Shown: piece by piece, positions 62,171-64,000 of the stretch
How positions within the stretch are numbered: position 1 is the stretch's first letter
Layout of the letters: every line of letters starts with the position of its first letter
Virus record (IMG/VR): IMGVR_UViG_3300017963_000189
Reading direction: 5' to 3' (one strand)
Length of the DNA: 64,000 nt
From: a virus
Taxonomy: Duplodnaviria > Caudoviricetes
Position numbers and translations under genes: made by a program
The notes under the pieces: generated by a model
Seen by the model: the letters and a program-made list of their open reading frames with translations, nothing else
What the model was told of the DNA's origin: nothing
The model's database searches: none

Positions 62171-63345
62171 CTGTTTTCTATAATTCTTTTCGCTAAATCT
62201 ATCATTTCAGGATCACCGGTGTGTTTTCCCTCAACATCACTCAACTTGATTGTCGGTATCCATTTTTTACCTTGTGGTTTAGCAGAAACCATCTTGATAA
62301 CAATATTCAATGGAGTAACATCAGGAATATCATTAGAAAGATTAGTTCCCATTCCATATGAAATTTTAATTCTACCATGTCCAAAATGACTATTTATTCT
62401 TTCAATTTCCTTTGGATTCAACCCATCGGAGAATACAATCGTTTTAGTTCTTGGATCAATACCAAGTTTCTTGTAATGTTCAATAGCTCTTTTTCCAAAC
62501 TCAATAGGATCACCAGAATCGTGTCTAACACCATCAAATAATTTAGCATACATTGTGTCAAACGATCCAAAAAAATTCTTTGTGGTGAAAGTGTCCGTGA
62601 GTGCTATACCCAACTCTCCATTATAAACATCGACCCAACGACCAAGAGCAACAGCGTTTGCTTGATGAAAACCATATTTCGCAGCGTGAAACATAAACCA
62701 TTCATGAGCTTGTGTTCCAATAGGTTTTATTCCATACTTACGAGCTAAGTGGACATTACTTGTACCAACAAAATGATTTGATTTACTAAATGTTCTAACC
62801 ATTCTACTTTGACTCTTGTAAGAATGTCGCCGTCTTGTTCCAAAATCGGCTAAACTTATAGTAGGTACTAAATCAAATAAGAAATCTCTTTTTGATTCAT
62901 TATGATTTTCTATATCTCCCCAATGTACATTACCAATACCTTTACCGGTATGAATGAAATAAAGTTCTGAAATCAAAGCCATAAGCGGAACTTCCCATAA
63001 GATTGTTCTATACCATAATCCCTCAATCTCTACTGAAAGTTCACCATCATTCCAAAAAATCTTTATTTCATCAGCGTTATAGCGATAACCTTTCAGGAAA
63101 TCTATATAAACAGGATCAAAGAAATAAAGGTTTTCTCTCAAATAATCTTCCTCACCATCGGTAAGAAAAAGTTTTTCCATATCCCAAACCATGTCGCCCA
63201 AATCCTTAGCAACTGCTTCAGGAATGTAAGTTTTCCCACGATTGAAAAACTTATACTTTACTTCGGCACGCGGGTACAACTTCGTAACTGCGTTCTGCAT
63301 TGTAAACTTATATAAATCATTGTCTAAAATAGATTTGATTAACAT
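62167..63345 (-). CDS. pncB: Nicotinate phosphoribosyltransferase
   Basis: LDNDLYKFTM, ADFGTRRR, GTQAHEW, LTDTF, GVRHDSGDP, VFSDGL, KLSD..GK. Confidence 0.95.
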   Translation of the reverse strand: MLIKSILDNDLYKFTMQNAVTKLYPRAEVKYKFFNRGKTYIPEAVAKDLGDMVWDMEKLFLTDGEEDYLRENLYFFDPVYIDFLKGYRYNADEIKIFWNDGELSVEIEGLWYRTILWEVPLMALISELYFIHTGKGIGNVHWGDIENHNESKRDFLFDLVPTISLADFGTRRRHSYKSQSRMVRTFSKSNHFVGTSNVHLARKYGIKPIGTQAHEWFMFHAAKYGFHQANAVALGRWVDVYNGELGIALTDTFTTKNFFGSFDTMYAKLFDGVRHDSGDPIEFGKRAIEHYKKLGIDPRTKTIVFSDGLNPKEIERINSHFGHGRIKISYGMGTNLSNDIPDVTPLNIVIKMVSAKPQGKKWIPTIKLSDVEGKHTGDPEMIDLAKRIIENS

Positions 63346-63354
63346 TATAACCTC

Positions 63355-64000
63355 TTAAAATATTAGTGAACCTTTATCATCCCATTTGGTATAAATCTTA
63401 CCATCTTCTCGGATGATCATATATTTCAAAACATTTTTCATTTCTTTACTCATACAATCATCGTCCACCACCGTAGAAATTCCCTCAACCGAATACTTCA
63501 TAGCTCCAAAGGGTAATCTTTCCAACTCGTGACCATGATATTTAATATAATTAATAATCGTTTTCAACGTTTCCTTTTTAGCAGCATTTTCCACAATCCA
63601 TTTGTCTTGTTTTGTATCTTCATCACTTGTATACAACTTTCTAAAAGTAACTTGATCAACTTCCATTTCAATTAATCTATTGAAGATTCTTTTTACATAA
63701 ACATCGTCATATATATCAGTAAGATTGATAGACAACCTTACATTAAAATTCATTTTCTTTAAATTATCAACAACATAACTAATATCAACTTGTCGATCTA
63801 TAGGCATAACCATTATATCAGCATTATTGTTAGAATCAAAAATATCTACTACACTCAAACTAATAGTGGAAATATCCTCAAACCAATCGGCATAAAGTTC
63901 AATTACTTCCAACAAACCAACACTACTTGCAATACCACTTGTTTGTAACTCAATCCACTTAAAAGGGCTACTCAAATTACGATTTATACTAAGAATATCA
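63355..64000 (-). CDS. Radical SAM-like protein, C-terminal part (5'-truncated by window)
   Basis: Frame stays open to window end; IELQTSG, STVVDDDCM, IIREDGKIYTKWD resemble radical SAM barrel end; CxxxCxxC not visible. Confidence 0.5.
   Translation of the reverse strand, partial: DILSINRNLSSPFKWIELQTSGIASSVGLLEVIELYADWFEDISTISLSVVDIFDSNNNADIMVMPIDRQVDISYVVDNLKKMNFNVRLSINLTDIYDDVYVKRIFNRLIEMEVDQVTFRKLYTSDEDTKQDKWIVENAAKKETLKTIINYIKYHGHELERLPFGAMKYSVEGISTVVDDDCMSKEMKNVLKYMIIREDGKIYTKWDDKGSLIF

Overview
AT-rich, densely packed segment with essentially all credible genes on the minus strand. It looks like part of a large (jumbo-type) bacteriophage genome; this is an inference, as no structural genes or terminase lie in the window. 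Its dominant theme is RNA metabolism. It carries about 42 ordinary cloverleaf tRNAs covering all 20 amino acids (mostly without encoded CCA), an amber (CUA) anticodon tRNA and about a dozen non-canonical tRNA-like RNAs. It also carries a compact 203-nt RNase P RNA, Thg1-like 3'-5' polymerase, T4 Rnl1-like RNA ligase, an HD-domain/polynucleotide kinase, a PTH2-like protein and a Ro60/Rsr (TROVE) protein. The standout is a family of at least seven Y RNA-like genes sharing a bulged helix (G[G/A]G[T/C]-CG[A/T]-N9-10-TTA[T/C]C). Two further RNAs carry the same helix circularly permuted in place of a tRNA anticodon loop. Other notable elements: (1) a radical SAM/SPASM gene heading eight tandem, otherwise unrelated proteins that all begin MKxRxGFVSNSS(S/T)SSF; (2) a short leader ORF with two in-frame TAG codons ending Pro-Pro-stop, upstream of the PTH2-like gene and the amber tRNA; (3) a pncA-nadE-pncB NAD salvage block; (4) signalling genes (PAS, hybrid histidine kinase, receiver, HD-GYP, PTP) and glycosyltransferases; (5) two recurring promoter motifs and boxA-like sites. 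All RNA structures were folded by eye and all protein calls are from motif recognition; no database search or folding program was run, and ends may be off by a few bases.
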